From the NCBI GenBank assembly GCA_004764695.1, contig SMSO01000006.1, forward strand, positions 1,441,859 to 1,505,858: a stretch of DNA of 64,000 nucleotides, given 5' to 3'. The translations under genes were made by a program, and so were the position numbers. Below are positions 32,422-43,730 of this stretch, in pieces. The stretch is from Schizochytrium sp. TIO01 (lineage: Eukaryota; Protista; Bigyra: Labyrinthulomycetes). The notes beneath the pieces are model-generated. The model searched no databases. It was not told where the DNA came from and saw only the letters and a program-made list of their open reading frames with translations. The first letter of the stretch is position 1. The number at the start of each line of letters is the position of its first letter.

Positions 32422-32903
32422 TTAAAGGAAACAACAACACAAACATGATGAAAGAAAGATAGCCGCAAACACCACATAAAGTAATAAGATAGCCAGCTGC
32501 GTTGGTTCCATTGCCGAAGGGTCCATTATAAAAAATTCCACACCGTCAACGGTCATTGTGGAGGATTTGACTTCTTCAGTGTCACTGGGAAAGATAAGGT
32601 CACCGCTCGTATCGGTCAGTGCGCCCGTTGGCCAAGGCGTTGGGAAGGCGGTAGGCTTTTGGCCTCTTCGTAGTTGGTGCAGAAGTGGGCCCACAGGTCT
32701 GGCTGGCCCACAATGGTGGGAGAATGTGCCGATTTCGCTGTGGGTCACTCCACACAGTAAGTACTTGTAACATTGCAAAAGGCGTTGTTCACACAGTGGT
32801 CGTCAGAGGTACACGCGTACTCACTCCTCACACCTGTACATACATCATGGTCGCCTCTCGGATGTCGGTTGTAGCGACCTACATCTTGGTTCCCGAGGTC
32901 CAT
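32422..32903 (-). pseudogene. Decayed type-I membrane protein (Cys-rich module, Pro/Thr linker, C-terminal TM)
   Basis: ACTSDDHCVNNAFCNVTSTYCVE* in one frame; PTAFPTPWPT and LAILLLYVVFAAIFLSSCLCCC in another. Confidence 0.55.
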
Positions 32904-33158
32904 GGTTGGGCCCTCCAGTGCTGTGATAGTTTACAGTGTGGCGTCTTTTGTGAATACCTTATTACTGGTTTGGATTGCTCCTGCGGAGGTAAATCCGGAA
33001 CCTGGGATACTCACAGAATTTTGGTAGGAGCTTTAGCATTAAAGATCAAGGTGACTTGCAATTCTGCAACAGCCGTGGTTCGATAGGATTGTGATTTACA
33101 GCTTGGAGCAGAATCTCGTGGATCTCAATTTCGAGAGGTACTGTATAAGATTACTTGC

Positions 33159-33385
33159 TATGGAAGTAAGATACAGCTACTGCCTAACATCACCTAACAT
33201 CACCTAACCTAGCTCTTCTGTCCGACACCTTCTGTGTATTGGACTGACATGATACATTCATCCCTGCCTGCATCCAGACCCGAAACCCCCAAAACTCATA
33301 TAGCATCCTCTTTCTCTTTCTCCTGAGTTCGCTGTCCTTGTCAGACTACCTCTGCACGCTTCACAGCACAAGCTACTCTGCAATA
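33159..33385 (+). mobile_element. Solo LTR of the same copia family
   Basis: Collinear with 821-1017 (TATGGAAGTAAGATACAGCTACTG...CACGCTTCACAGCACAAGCTACTCTGCAATA), 227 bp; perfect TSD CTTGC at 33154-33158 and 33386-33390; no PBS or PPT. Confidence 0.96.
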
Positions 33386-33398
33386 CTTGCATATAAAT

Positions 33399-35594
33399 AT
33401 GACGAGTGAGAGCAAATTGAGTGAGTTCGAGAAGGCTTCTTGGACATGCGGTGGCACAAGCCATGTTCTACCTCAAGAGCGTGCCAAGGCAAGTTTTGAG
33501 GTTGAGCGCATGTCCGAGGCTCTATATGGAGGCCCTGATGGTGTGCGAAGACGCAGGTTTATCATGATGCCGGCTGCCCAGCTACTCTATCCAGAGAAGC
33601 ATGAGTGGTCTCGCGAGGAGCTTATGAAACATTCGATTAAAGATTTTATAGAAATTCACAAGGATTTTGTTCAAGAAGGATACCGACCCCAACGTGATGA
33701 AGTTTCATGGATGGGGGAGATTGCTGGAAATACAGGTTCCATGATGCCACACTATGGACTTTTCCTGCCAACCATCGCAGGCCAGGGAAGCCCAGAACAG
33801 GTGGCTGCATGGCTTCCCCGGTCCCTCAACTTCGAAATCATTGGCTGTTATGCACAAACTGAGCTAGCTCATGGATCGTCGATTCGTGCTCTGCAAACTC
33901 AGGCTGTGTACGATGCTACAACCGAGGAATTTGTCCTCGACACGCCAACTCTGGGAGCCATGAAATGGTGGAACTCTAACATTGGCTGTGTTGCAACACA
34001 TGCAGCTGTATATGCTCAGCTTATTATACACGGCAAAGAGTATGGCTTGCATGTTTTTATGGTTCAAGTCCGTGACGAGAACCATCACGTTCTACCTGGA
34101 ATCGAGCTTGGCGATTGCGGACGCAAGCTTGGTGACAATGCTATTGATACAGGTTACATGCGCCTTCAGGGGGTTCGCATCCCTCGCGAACATATGTTTG
34201 CAAAGCGGCAATACGTAACGAAAGATGGGACGTATGTGCGTCGAGTCAGTAACACAAGCAACAGCAGCGCCAATGCGAAGGCTGCAGTATTAGCCAAACG
34301 TGCGAGTTACTTGACTATGATGCAAGCTCGTGCAGGTATGACTTCATTATCTGCTGGCAAGCTTGCAGCAGCTTGCACTGTTGCGGTACGATACAGCTGC
34401 GTACGTCGTCAGGGCTTTGCAGAAAGTGTTGAAGGTCAATCGTTCCGCTCCGCCGAAAACCAGGTCATAGACTACCAGATTCAACGAGCTCGCTTGTTTA
34501 AACAGGTGGCTTTATGCTATACGATGCGAGCAAGTGGCGCATGGATGGCTGAGGCTATCCAAAAGCTCGCTGAAGTTGCAAACAAACCAGATGCTGGTTC
34601 CAACGAAGCAGATTTAGCGGCTCTTGTTGAATCAATGCCAGAAATCCATGCGTCTTCCGCTGGACTAAAGGCACTGTGCACGAAATTAAGCTCAGATGGT
34701 ATGGAGGATCTTCGAAAATGCTGCGGAGGTCATGGTTTCTTGCTTAACTCTGGTATTGGAAGTATGGCCACAGATTTCGTTTGGCAGGTTTCCGCGGAAG
34801 GTGATTGGGTGGTTCTTCTTTTGCAAACTGCACGATACTTGATGAATGCACGTCGTGCCGCACTTCGCGGCGAAAGGGTCTCCGGTCTTGCCGCATGCCT
34901 TGAACCCTTGCGTGACCCACTGTTTAATATAAGGTCTGCCTGCCCTACCACACCACAGTCCGTGAATGAACTTCTTGATCTAAATGTTCTTTTGAGGTAT
35001 TTTCAATATCGTACATTGGCAACAATCACGAAAGCGGGTAGTCGACTCGACACAAACATGAAACAAGGAATGTCTTTTGAGCAAGCCTGGAATAAATGTG
35101 CAGTGAGCATGAAACGGGCAGCGGAAAGTCATATATATTACTTTATGCTGCGTAACTTTATCGACATCATCCCGCGTCAGACTGATGAGCATGTTATCGT
35201 GGTTCTACAGCACCTATGTTCCCTTTTTGCTTTGCAGAATATGATTGGTGGAGAACATTGGAGTGGTTTGCTTCCTGAGGATCTCGTTGACCTCGCAGAA
35301 GAGGGTGAATCTTTATTGCTCAATATACTTCGTCCTGATGCTGTGGCCCTGGTGGAGGCATTTGACATTCCTGATCGTGTCTTGAACTCAACAATTGGCC
35401 GATCGGACGGCCGAGTGTATGAGGCCCTATACGAAGCAGCACGCACATCTCCACTCAACCGAGGTCAAGGAAAGGTTGCTTTCGAAGGTTATGAGGAGGT
35501 TTTACGCCCTCATCTAGATCTTGAATTTCTCAAGTTGCACAATCAGGTATGCCCTGAATTGCAGAGCACCCTTGGTGATGAATCAAAATTATAG
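33399..35594 (+). CDS. ACOX: Peroxisomal acyl-CoA oxidase
   Basis: IIGCYAQTELAHGS, FVLDTPT..AMKWW, LRKCCGGHG, LNSTIGRSDGRVYE; C-terminal PTS1 SKL; first ATG 33399. Confidence 0.96.
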   Translation: MTSESKLSEFEKASWTCGGTSHVLPQERAKASFEVERMSEALYGGPDGVRRRRFIMMPAAQLLYPEKHEWSREELMKHSIKDFIEIHKDFVQEGYRPQRDEVSWMGEIAGNTGSMMPHYGLFLPTIAGQGSPEQVAAWLPRSLNFEIIGCYAQTELAHGSSIRALQTQAVYDATTEEFVLDTPTLGAMKWWNSNIGCVATHAAVYAQLIIHGKEYGLHVFMVQVRDENHHVLPGIELGDCGRKLGDNAIDTGYMRLQGVRIPREHMFAKRQYVTKDGTYVRRVSNTSNSSANAKAAVLAKRASYLTMMQARAGMTSLSAGKLAAACTVAVRYSCVRRQGFAESVEGQSFRSAENQVIDYQIQRARLFKQVALCYTMRASGAWMAEAIQKLAEVANKPDAGSNEADLAALVESMPEIHASSAGLKALCTKLSSDGMEDLRKCCGGHGFLLNSGIGSMATDFVWQVSAEGDWVVLLLQTARYLMNARRAALRGERVSGLAACLEPLRDPLFNIRSACPTTPQSVNELLDLNVLLRYFQYRTLATITKAGSRLDTNMKQGMSFEQAWNKCAVSMKRAAESHIYYFMLRNFIDIIPRQTDEHVIVVLQHLCSLFALQNMIGGEHWSGLLPEDLVDLAEEGESLLLNILRPDAVALVEAFDIPDRVLNSTIGRSDGRVYEALYEAARTSPLNRGQGKVAFEGYEEVLRPHLDLEFLKLHNQVCPELQSTLGDESKL

Positions 35595-36328
35595 GTTCCA
35601 GACTTGAGCAAAGCGCACTATTCTTGGATTTAAAGAGTAATTTAAATTTTACATGTCACGTAATTATCGATCTCCCGAGGATTCTTCTTGTATCTTGTTT
35701 TCCTATATCAACTTCTCTCAGAGAAGCTGGTGGCGAATTTTATGCGCGGACCTGACTTCTTGTTCAATGGGCTATCCTGGCAATATGTAGTGAAGCAGAA
35801 CTGATATGAGGGTTTTCTTTGGTTGACCACACGATACTCCATTCCTCTACTCTCCTTGTAGAGATGCCTTGCGTCCGAGAATTTCCTCCTTTATTAGCAC
35901 GAAACTGGGGCCAAAACGCATCAAATTCATGCACAGACATCTACGACAAGAGGGAAAGCACTAGGATCTCCACAAGGAGACAATAATTAGAAACGCTACC
36001 TCCTAGAGACCTACCATAAGTATTATCCTTCGTCTTGTTCATGAGTCGAGGCATGAAATTCATGCAGTAGATCCAATACAAGAATGGTAATTTACCTAAA
36101 TCCTCAACTTCAACCAATTTGCGTGTGCTAGTTCACCATCAAAGTTTTGCTAGAGAAGAGCGCTTGAACGTAGTTGCTTGAATCATCAAGTAAAATAAAA
36201 ATTCACATGAAAGAGCACACGAATGATATTCATACTTGCTAAGGCACTTGGTAGTGAAAATACTCTCTGCCTTTGCTTGGAAAATGGAACTGACAAACTG
36301 ATGTGATTGCACCGCAGCCAGAAAGTTT

Positions 36329-37727
36329 TTAGTTGGGTAAAAGGGGGACTTCTTCCCCCTGTTGACGGACCGATTTGCGAGGCTTTGAGCGAAACAGGCC
36401 TTGTAAGAGTGAGATCCAACCACCACTGTAGTTCTCTGCTTCTTGGAACTCGTGGTCATCAGGGGAGCATGAGGTATCCGTGCCGCTCATGGCTGTTGTG
36501 CTATCTCCATTACTAGAATGGGCACTTGCGTTGACGCAATATGAGTCGCTACCGTTTGAATTAGAGTTCACATTTGCATCTGGTCCATCTTCAATATCAG
36601 CTAACCCCGCAGAGACGGTAGAACCATCAACACCCGAGATTGTGGAGCTTACCCGGCGTACCTTGCGTTTTAGAAAGTTATCAATAACATAAAATTGAAA
36701 GCTGTTACAAAGAGCAGGCCACACAATCATAACGAATACCAGCTGAGTCTTTGGGTACTTTTCAAGAGGGCGAAATGCTTCATCAGCAGCATCACTGAGT
36801 TCGTGGTTGTATTCGATAAGTGGGACTGCCATGCCTGTTTTTGTGAAGACAACAATAGCTGTCCACGAAAATGTTTGGATTACCCATGCACGAAAATCAA
36901 TACGCTTGGTCTGCAAATTGTAGTACGCCCCTGTTTTGGCTGAATTGCGCAGGATTGTCCGCTCACAGATTTTCAGAAGGAGCAAGCTCATTGGAACACC
37001 CAGCACGGTGTCGAGGGTGAAATTCATGAAATACCAAGCGCATTCATTTCCACTTGAGGAGGAGGACAAAACCAGTGCAAGGCAAATGTTCAGCAAGTGG
37101 CCTGTACCTGCGCCTACACACTGTTTCAGGCTGTCAAAAATCCAGATATGCCTGGGTCGCCGTGGTTCTTCCAAGATCCACTTGAGATACCTGTAAGTCC
37201 GTCACATTTAAGAAACCATCCGTCCAAGTTTTGCCAGATTGCAGCATTGTCAGCGTTGGAGCCACCAAGTAGAGAAACAAAGCATAATTGACCCCCACAA
37301 TCCGAAGACCCATTCCGCGAATGTATGCAAATGCACGATTTTAATGCACGAAAACGAAGACGTTTACCAGCAAAGGCAAGATTATAGAACAAGGTTCGCC
37401 TCAAACTCAACAGGTTAGTCATTCACGGCACTAAGCAGATTCGATAAATTCCTAAGATCTTTTGTGAGCATCACGTTGTTAAATCTGATCATAACGTTTA
37501 CGAAGCTCGGTTATTGGTTTCAATCTTAATTTGGTTCCCCACAAGCCAGAATCTAAAACCTCATCATGAACACATGATCAATTCAATAAACGAGACCCCG
37601 ATAGCGGAAATATAAGTATCAGGCTAACTTACATTGTACACACAACAACAGTGAGCAGAAAGAATTGCACAAAGATAGCAAAGGCGCCTCCAAGAAGGGC
37701 ACATTGGCCACCCTGGGCCTCGCCCAT
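36329..37727 (-). CDS. STIMATE/TMEM110-family membrane protein; exons 37727-37633 and 37190-36329
   Basis: CALLGGAFAIFVQ...EEPRRP..IWIFDSLKQ...NECAWYFMNFTLDT..G...QLVFVMIVWP...NSFQFYVIDNFLK. Confidence 0.9.
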
Positions 37728-39724
37728 GCTAGCTTCCTCGAGTCCGCTTCCCTGCTCGCTGCTGACCTGGTTCTCTTGGCAGACTTGAGTTTCGCTCCCT
37801 CTCGACAAGATGCTCGCCTCTCCCTCGAGCAAAGAGGAGGCGCCAGCGGAGACTCACGAGACGAGACGAGACGTGATGCGTGACTGCTCATATGATCTAG
37901 CCTCCTTTGTTTTCTAACTTCATAATTCGAAGCTGTCGCGGCTTTTTATGCACTAGCCAACACCTAACGACTGCTACAGTCTTTTCAACGTGAAGACTTA
38001 AGAAAAGAGACAGAAGCAAAATCTACTCATTGTTACGTCAAAGCGAGAAAAGGCCATAGTTCCACCATCCTTGGATTGCATGAGAACATGCGCAGTGATG
38101 AGCAGGCAATCGAGTCGAAAAGACCCTAACGGGTTTCGGAGAACGTAAAGGCCCCAATTTCGCTTTGGCGTCTTGGTGCTTCGTCTTTTTCGGCTTCTGG
38201 CTTTCGAGTTCTTTGGAGAACTAGCCGCACTGCTATGGGAGGGACTAACAGCCCTAAATAAGAAAATAAAACATAGAAAGAAGGTCCCGTTTTTAGCTTT
38301 TCCTTCTTTTTCGTTCTTTTCTTATTAGTATAGTTTGATTCTGCTCTGCTTAGTGATACGAGACGAGTGCGGGAATTTGGAGAAACACACAACAGGTTTT
38401 GCAAGAAAGTCGAAATGGCTGAGAATCATAAGCAGTGGGTTCCTTCGGGCTGGCCACCGTCGCGAGAAATGTGGTAGGTGGTAGTTTCCATCGAGAATTT
38501 GACCCTGCGTGAATGCATACTTTCGTCCGTTTGCAGGCTATAAGCTTTTTCGATTGTTTCCTTCTTGTGATGGGTGTTTTGGACTTCTGTATTCATATTG
38601 GGCGAGAGCCTCTTTCTCAGAGACTCAAGAAGAAAGCCTTCGATACTGGACTGTCATGATGTTAATCAAGAAGACAGGATTCAATACTGGACTATCATGA
38701 TGTCAACTAATGAGCGTAACCCTTCGAGAGGTATAAAGAGGCAACAACAGTGAGATACCATGCGCCAGAAGTAAAACCCTTGAAGCACTCTCAATAGCCA
38801 GAGACTACTGTTATCAGTCCTTTGACTTGACTTGACTTGACTAGTATCTCAAGACAAAATAGTCAATCATGACTCATGTCCTTGAACCAAACATTCTGCA
38901 GTTAAAAATTGTCGTCTCCGTATGATGTATTTGTCATATCAATGATTTAGCTTTGACATTGGAATTTTAAAGTCGTCATTTTAAAAATTAAATTCAAAGC
39001 AAGATGATTGAAACGTAATTGGGAAACGCTTCAACTATCCATCTTAAGAAAACCAGGTATGTTTAATGGGCGTGGAAAGCGAAAACGGGGTTAGATATTC
39101 ATCGTTTGGAGTGAAGTATGTGCATGCAAAGATGGTCATTGTAATGAAAACCAGAGTTGTTGTTTTCAGCAAGATCAAACCATAGGGCAGACACAAGGAT
39201 GGCTTGGTTAACTCAATCATAAATAAGGGCGATTTGTGCAAGAAGATGTCCGAATGCAATAATAGATTTCAAGTCTATTACCAAAGAGTATTCTTAAAGG
39301 GAAATAGGAAGCATTGTGATTTACCTCGATATATACTGACATGAAAGTGAATTGTTCTCAGCAAATGGTACAACAGGAAATCTTCGCAGAAGCTGAAAAC
39401 AACTTGAAATAAAACCTGAAGCCGACAAACTAGCAGATAGAAAGTAATATTAAAATATTAATCTTGGGATCTTTTGTTTCTTAGAATGAGTATTATGTAA
39501 AAAGACAAAGTTTTTGCCATGGCTATGAAATGTTTTCTCTCATACTGAAGCAAACAGCAAGGCTGTTGCAGTGTGAGATTGTTGACCCTTAGCCAGTATA
39601 AAGCAGCGTTATTCTTGTGGCGCATGTCTTGTACTTGGTTGAACGCAGCCTACGAATTAAACTTCATCAGGTTGCGTTTCAATGGCTTGGAAGTTCGGGC
39701 CAAAATTTCCTTTCAGAAATTAGC

Positions 39725-40440
39725 TTACTTGGCCTTCTTAGACTCCTTAGCCTCCTTAACGGCCTTGCTGCCAATCTTCTCCTTGTTCTCAGCCTTGGTG
39801 GCAGCAGCCGTGGCGTTGGCCTGGGTCTTCTGCTGGTCCATGTAGCGACGCAGGAGGAAGCGGAAGGTCATGTAGGTGACAAGGAGAATGAGCTGCCACC
39901 AGGTCATGTTGAAGGGGAGACCAGGGACTTCCTTCTTCAAGGTAAGCTTGAGCCACTCCATACCATGAAACTGGGGGTCGACCTCGAGGAGCTCAATGTA
40001 AAAGACAAGTGCGCTGCCGGGGGGATGGCCTCCATGTTGCGGTTGTCGCCGTAGCCGAGCTCGCTGGGGATGACAACCTCCCACTTATCGCCCTCTTCCA
40101 TGAGCAGCAAGATCTCGCGCCATCCAGCAATGAGCTGGGAAGGCTTGAAGATGGCGGATTCGCCACGCTCCAGGCTGGAGTCGAAGACCTCGCCGTTGAC
40201 AAGCTTGCCCTCATAGTTGAGTCTGCAAAACTCGGTGAGCATTGGAGACTTGGCAGTGGGTCTTGTGGAGCTCTCAATTACGCGGTACATGATACCGGAT
40301 TCCAGGGTGACCACATCGCTGTTCTCCTCAGGGTAGTTCTTCAAGAAGGCCTCGCTCACCAAGTTGTCGCCGGCGCAGGCCACAGCGCTCAGGCACAAGG
40401 CCGCAAGCGCCAACAGGGATCGCAATGAACGCACCGCCAT
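39725..40440 (-). CDS. ER membrane FKBP-type peptidyl-prolyl isomerase with an apparent 1-nt frameshift at 40019-40024
   Basis: Signal peptide; VTLESGIMYRVI, YEGKLVNGEVFDSS, IAGWRE, IPSELGYG; adding one C to the C6 run restores IPPGSALVFYIELLEV, then a TM helix and a terminal KKAK retrieval motif. Confidence 0.9.
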
Positions 40441-41169
40441 TCTTGAAACCGGGTGCTTTCTAAAGAAACCAAAGCTCAGCACTGATCGGGCAGGCCTTGA
40501 CGTGCGCAGGCAGTTCTGGATTTGCTCCGCCCAAGACGCTGAGGAGAAGAGAAGATTGCTTGTTTCCTTTCTTTTCCACTCTTCTTCATAATCAACAATT
40601 TCCATCATATCCGCACAGAGCCCCTCCTATCTACCCAAAACCAATAGGATACACTAGCAAAGTGCTCTCTCTAACTAATTAGTTCAGATGATGCAGTCTT
40701 CACAATTATCGATGAGGAATGATCGCACTCACTCACTCCTCACTCCCCTTCTCTCCATCGACGGAAGCAAGCCATAAGCCGGAAACTTCGCCGAGAGAGT
40801 CCGCGAGGGCAGCCGGTGTCTGCATTGCAGCAGCATCGCAATAGTTGTGTTCGCTAATTTACTGCTTCAACTCAACTCAACTCAACTCAGCAAAAAGCAA
40901 AGCAAAGCAAAGCAAAGCGGCGGTGGCGCGTTCTTAGCGGCGCCGTGTATTCTTCCCTCTGACCTATCTCCATCTATCAATCACAGACGCACTGCTTCTG
41001 GCTGTGAAGGGTCGCGTGAGCGTGCGTGGATTGCTCAAAGCGCCTCGACTGAGGCACTAAGGCGGCCCCTGGAGAGAGGGATTACTTTTCTCAGCTCGAT
41101 CTCAATGGGAGGCCTCGTGAAAGATGGAGCAATGCAATTTATTTACTTTACTGTAATGTAATGTGATGC

Positions 41170-41650
41170 CTCCAGATACACGGGTCTTGTACGCGAGGGG
41201 CCAGGGTAGTACTCCTGCGTTGGCGACTTCGAGAAGAAGCTCGAGAAAGCAAACGAAGTTGACATCCTAATGAACGAAGGTTGGAGGCGGTTTGAGATAG
41301 ACATGCACGATCTTGAAATGCTCGAGTGCATATGACGCGAGTATTCAGAATGGTGATGCCATGAAATTTGTCTCCATCCTGGGAAGTGGTGATTTGCTCG
41401 ATTCAGCTGGTTTTACAGGTGCGAGCCCATCGTAGATTCCGAGTGACAGATTCCATTTCTCGAGGGAAGATGATGACGACGACGATGATGATGATGATAG
41501 AAACATGGCCCACGAGCAGTTTCGGGTTGCAAGCTGTGATCCGTTTTATGGCGGCAGCCAGACGGGAAACTTGGTCAAGCAATCTTGATCTGCACATGCA
41601 TGAGATCGTGTTGCGATTCATTTAGAGGGTGGAATTGCCTGCTGAAGCCT
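41170..41650 (+). pseudogene. Decayed coding-like fragment
   Basis: Segments such as DFEKKLEKANEVDILMNEG and a poly-Asp tract broken by stops and frameshifts. Confidence 0.3.
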
Positions 41651-42730
41651 TGAGAACACTGAGAGCAAAAGTGAAAAGCAAAAGTTAAGGCTGCTCTCTC
41701 TGGAGTCGAGGTGTGCGATTTGTTTGCTTTGGTGGCGACTCGGGTTGAAAAGAAAACACGAATAAGCAATTGCCAAGGAGAATGTATATAGAAAGCATCG
41801 CATTTGTATCCATTTAGTCCCTGAACAAATAGTTACAACACAACTCGATTGAAGACAGCAGAATGATGAAGAGACTAAGCTTACAGGAATGTCGGAAAAG
41901 ACAAGCAATAGAGCTCCAATCAGGTAAAGATCCTACTTGAGCAAATGCTGGTAGAGATAGCAAAAGAGGTTTTGTGATTGGCGAGGTGGGGTAGTGAGCG
42001 CTAAACGATCACTTCAGCTCGGTCATTTTTGTCTTTGAAATCGAACGCTTCGACAGGCAACAAAGAAGATTTACACAAGGCAGTCTCTTTTTACAAGTCA
42101 AATATATGGTATTCAAGTTTCGCGTGATATTTCCTGTAGTTATTCCTTAAAGGTTTCCATTTTGTCCTGCTGGTCGAGAGGTTCATCTTTGGATGCATAT
42201 TTTTTTATTTTTTTCGTAGCTGTAGATAGAGGTACCTGGGTATACTGGCATCTAGTCATGTAATGAGTGATTGTTAAGGCTTGAGATTGTACACATGTTA
42301 GGCTTGAAAATTATTTTTTTCTGACTAGTGTTTTTTTTATTTTTTGTTTTTTGTTTTTTGTTTTTTTCTGACTAGTGAGAGTAGCATCGCATAGGACTCC
42401 TACTCGAGTGGGAACAAGTGACCATCGTCCGGTGTGCGCCGAAATCCGCGCGAGAACATTGAGCGAATGACAAGAAGCGCGGCCGATCAATAGTTAATCC
42501 ATCCACCCTTCTGTGCGAGGCTGGGCCATTATTGAAAATACATTAAAAACTAGTTACAAAGCCGAGTTGATAGAAGCGCGAATCCTGTGCCAGACTTGCC
42601 TGTATAGCATACCCAAGACTTGTCGAGGTTGTTCACTTTGTTGCACGGAGGTTGTCAGTCACTGAGACGTACACAGCAAGCACAGGTGGTACTCTTCGTG
42701 ACTCAGTGTTGCCGAGCACCAGCAAAGCAA

Positions 42731-43198
42731 ATGTCAAAATCGAAGGCATCCACAGATGCCTCGTTGCAAAACTTGCGACTCATCAGCAATCGCTCAAACC
42801 CACTGTGCCCTTACATTAAAGATGAAGAATGTTTTCAAAGGCTCGCGGGGCCACAAACACAGGAGAATGACTGGGTGAAACGAGCTGCCGAGGAGAAGGA
42901 TCGCAGCTTCCTTGATAGCGATCCAGAGATCGCCTCTCAGTTGATGCACCCTAAACCAAAACTTCAGCATTCGCTGAAGCACAAGCTACGCGATCATGTT
43001 CACGACTTATTTTCTTCATTGGCTAGCCTTGATGAAAATCAACCCAAGGAATCCGTCACGAAGGCCACTTATAAATTTGGCCCTCATATGAAAAGAGAGC
43101 TTGATCTTGTTGAAAAGGACAACCGTAAGCTGAGCAACCCGCATACTAAGTGGGCAGAGCAATGCGCTCGTGCGAAGCAGCTTGGTATGACCAAGTAG
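42731..43198 (+). CDS. Hypothetical 155-aa protein
   Basis: ATG-initiated part of ORF 42620-43198; protein-like composition; no recognised motif. Confidence 0.65.
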   Translation: MSKSKASTDASLQNLRLISNRSNPLCPYIKDEECFQRLAGPQTQENDWVKRAAEEKDRSFLDSDPEIASQLMHPKPKLQHSLKHKLRDHVHDLFSSLASLDENQPKESVTKATYKFGPHMKRELDLVEKDNRKLSNPHTKWAEQCARAKQLGMTK

Positions 43199-43730
43199 GA
43201 AGTCGCCACTCAACCTCATTTTAAATCACAGTTCTTCTTCTACAAGATACTGTCTAGGTCGCAGTGTACGCATTGGGGAAATACCGCTCGATATAAGATA
43301 AAAACATCTACATGCAGCTGTTAAGTTTAGATAATATCCCATTTGAAAAATCACAAACTACAGGCACCTAGCTTCTATCATGTGTCCTATCTTCTTTAGA
43401 AATAGAGTAATAACAGACAACACTACCTTTTATTTTCAATTCACCTTTACAATCTTCAACACTGCTTGAGCTAGAGATGTTTAGAAAACCTTTTCTTTAT
43501 TTTCTTCTTGTTTGTTATTGGAAAAGACCATTCCTTCATAAGACGAGTAGACGAGCGGGACATAACTAATATGTCCCACTATGTGTCCGGTAAAAAGCTG
43601 GGGAGGTGACAAATAAAAAAAGGATGCCTGCTCCAAATCATTGAGAAGACCCAAGAGCGAGGAGCCCAAGCTTGAGGCTTGTTCTCGAAAGCTATAAGAT
43701 TAGCCCCATCTGCCATTTGTATCAATTAAG

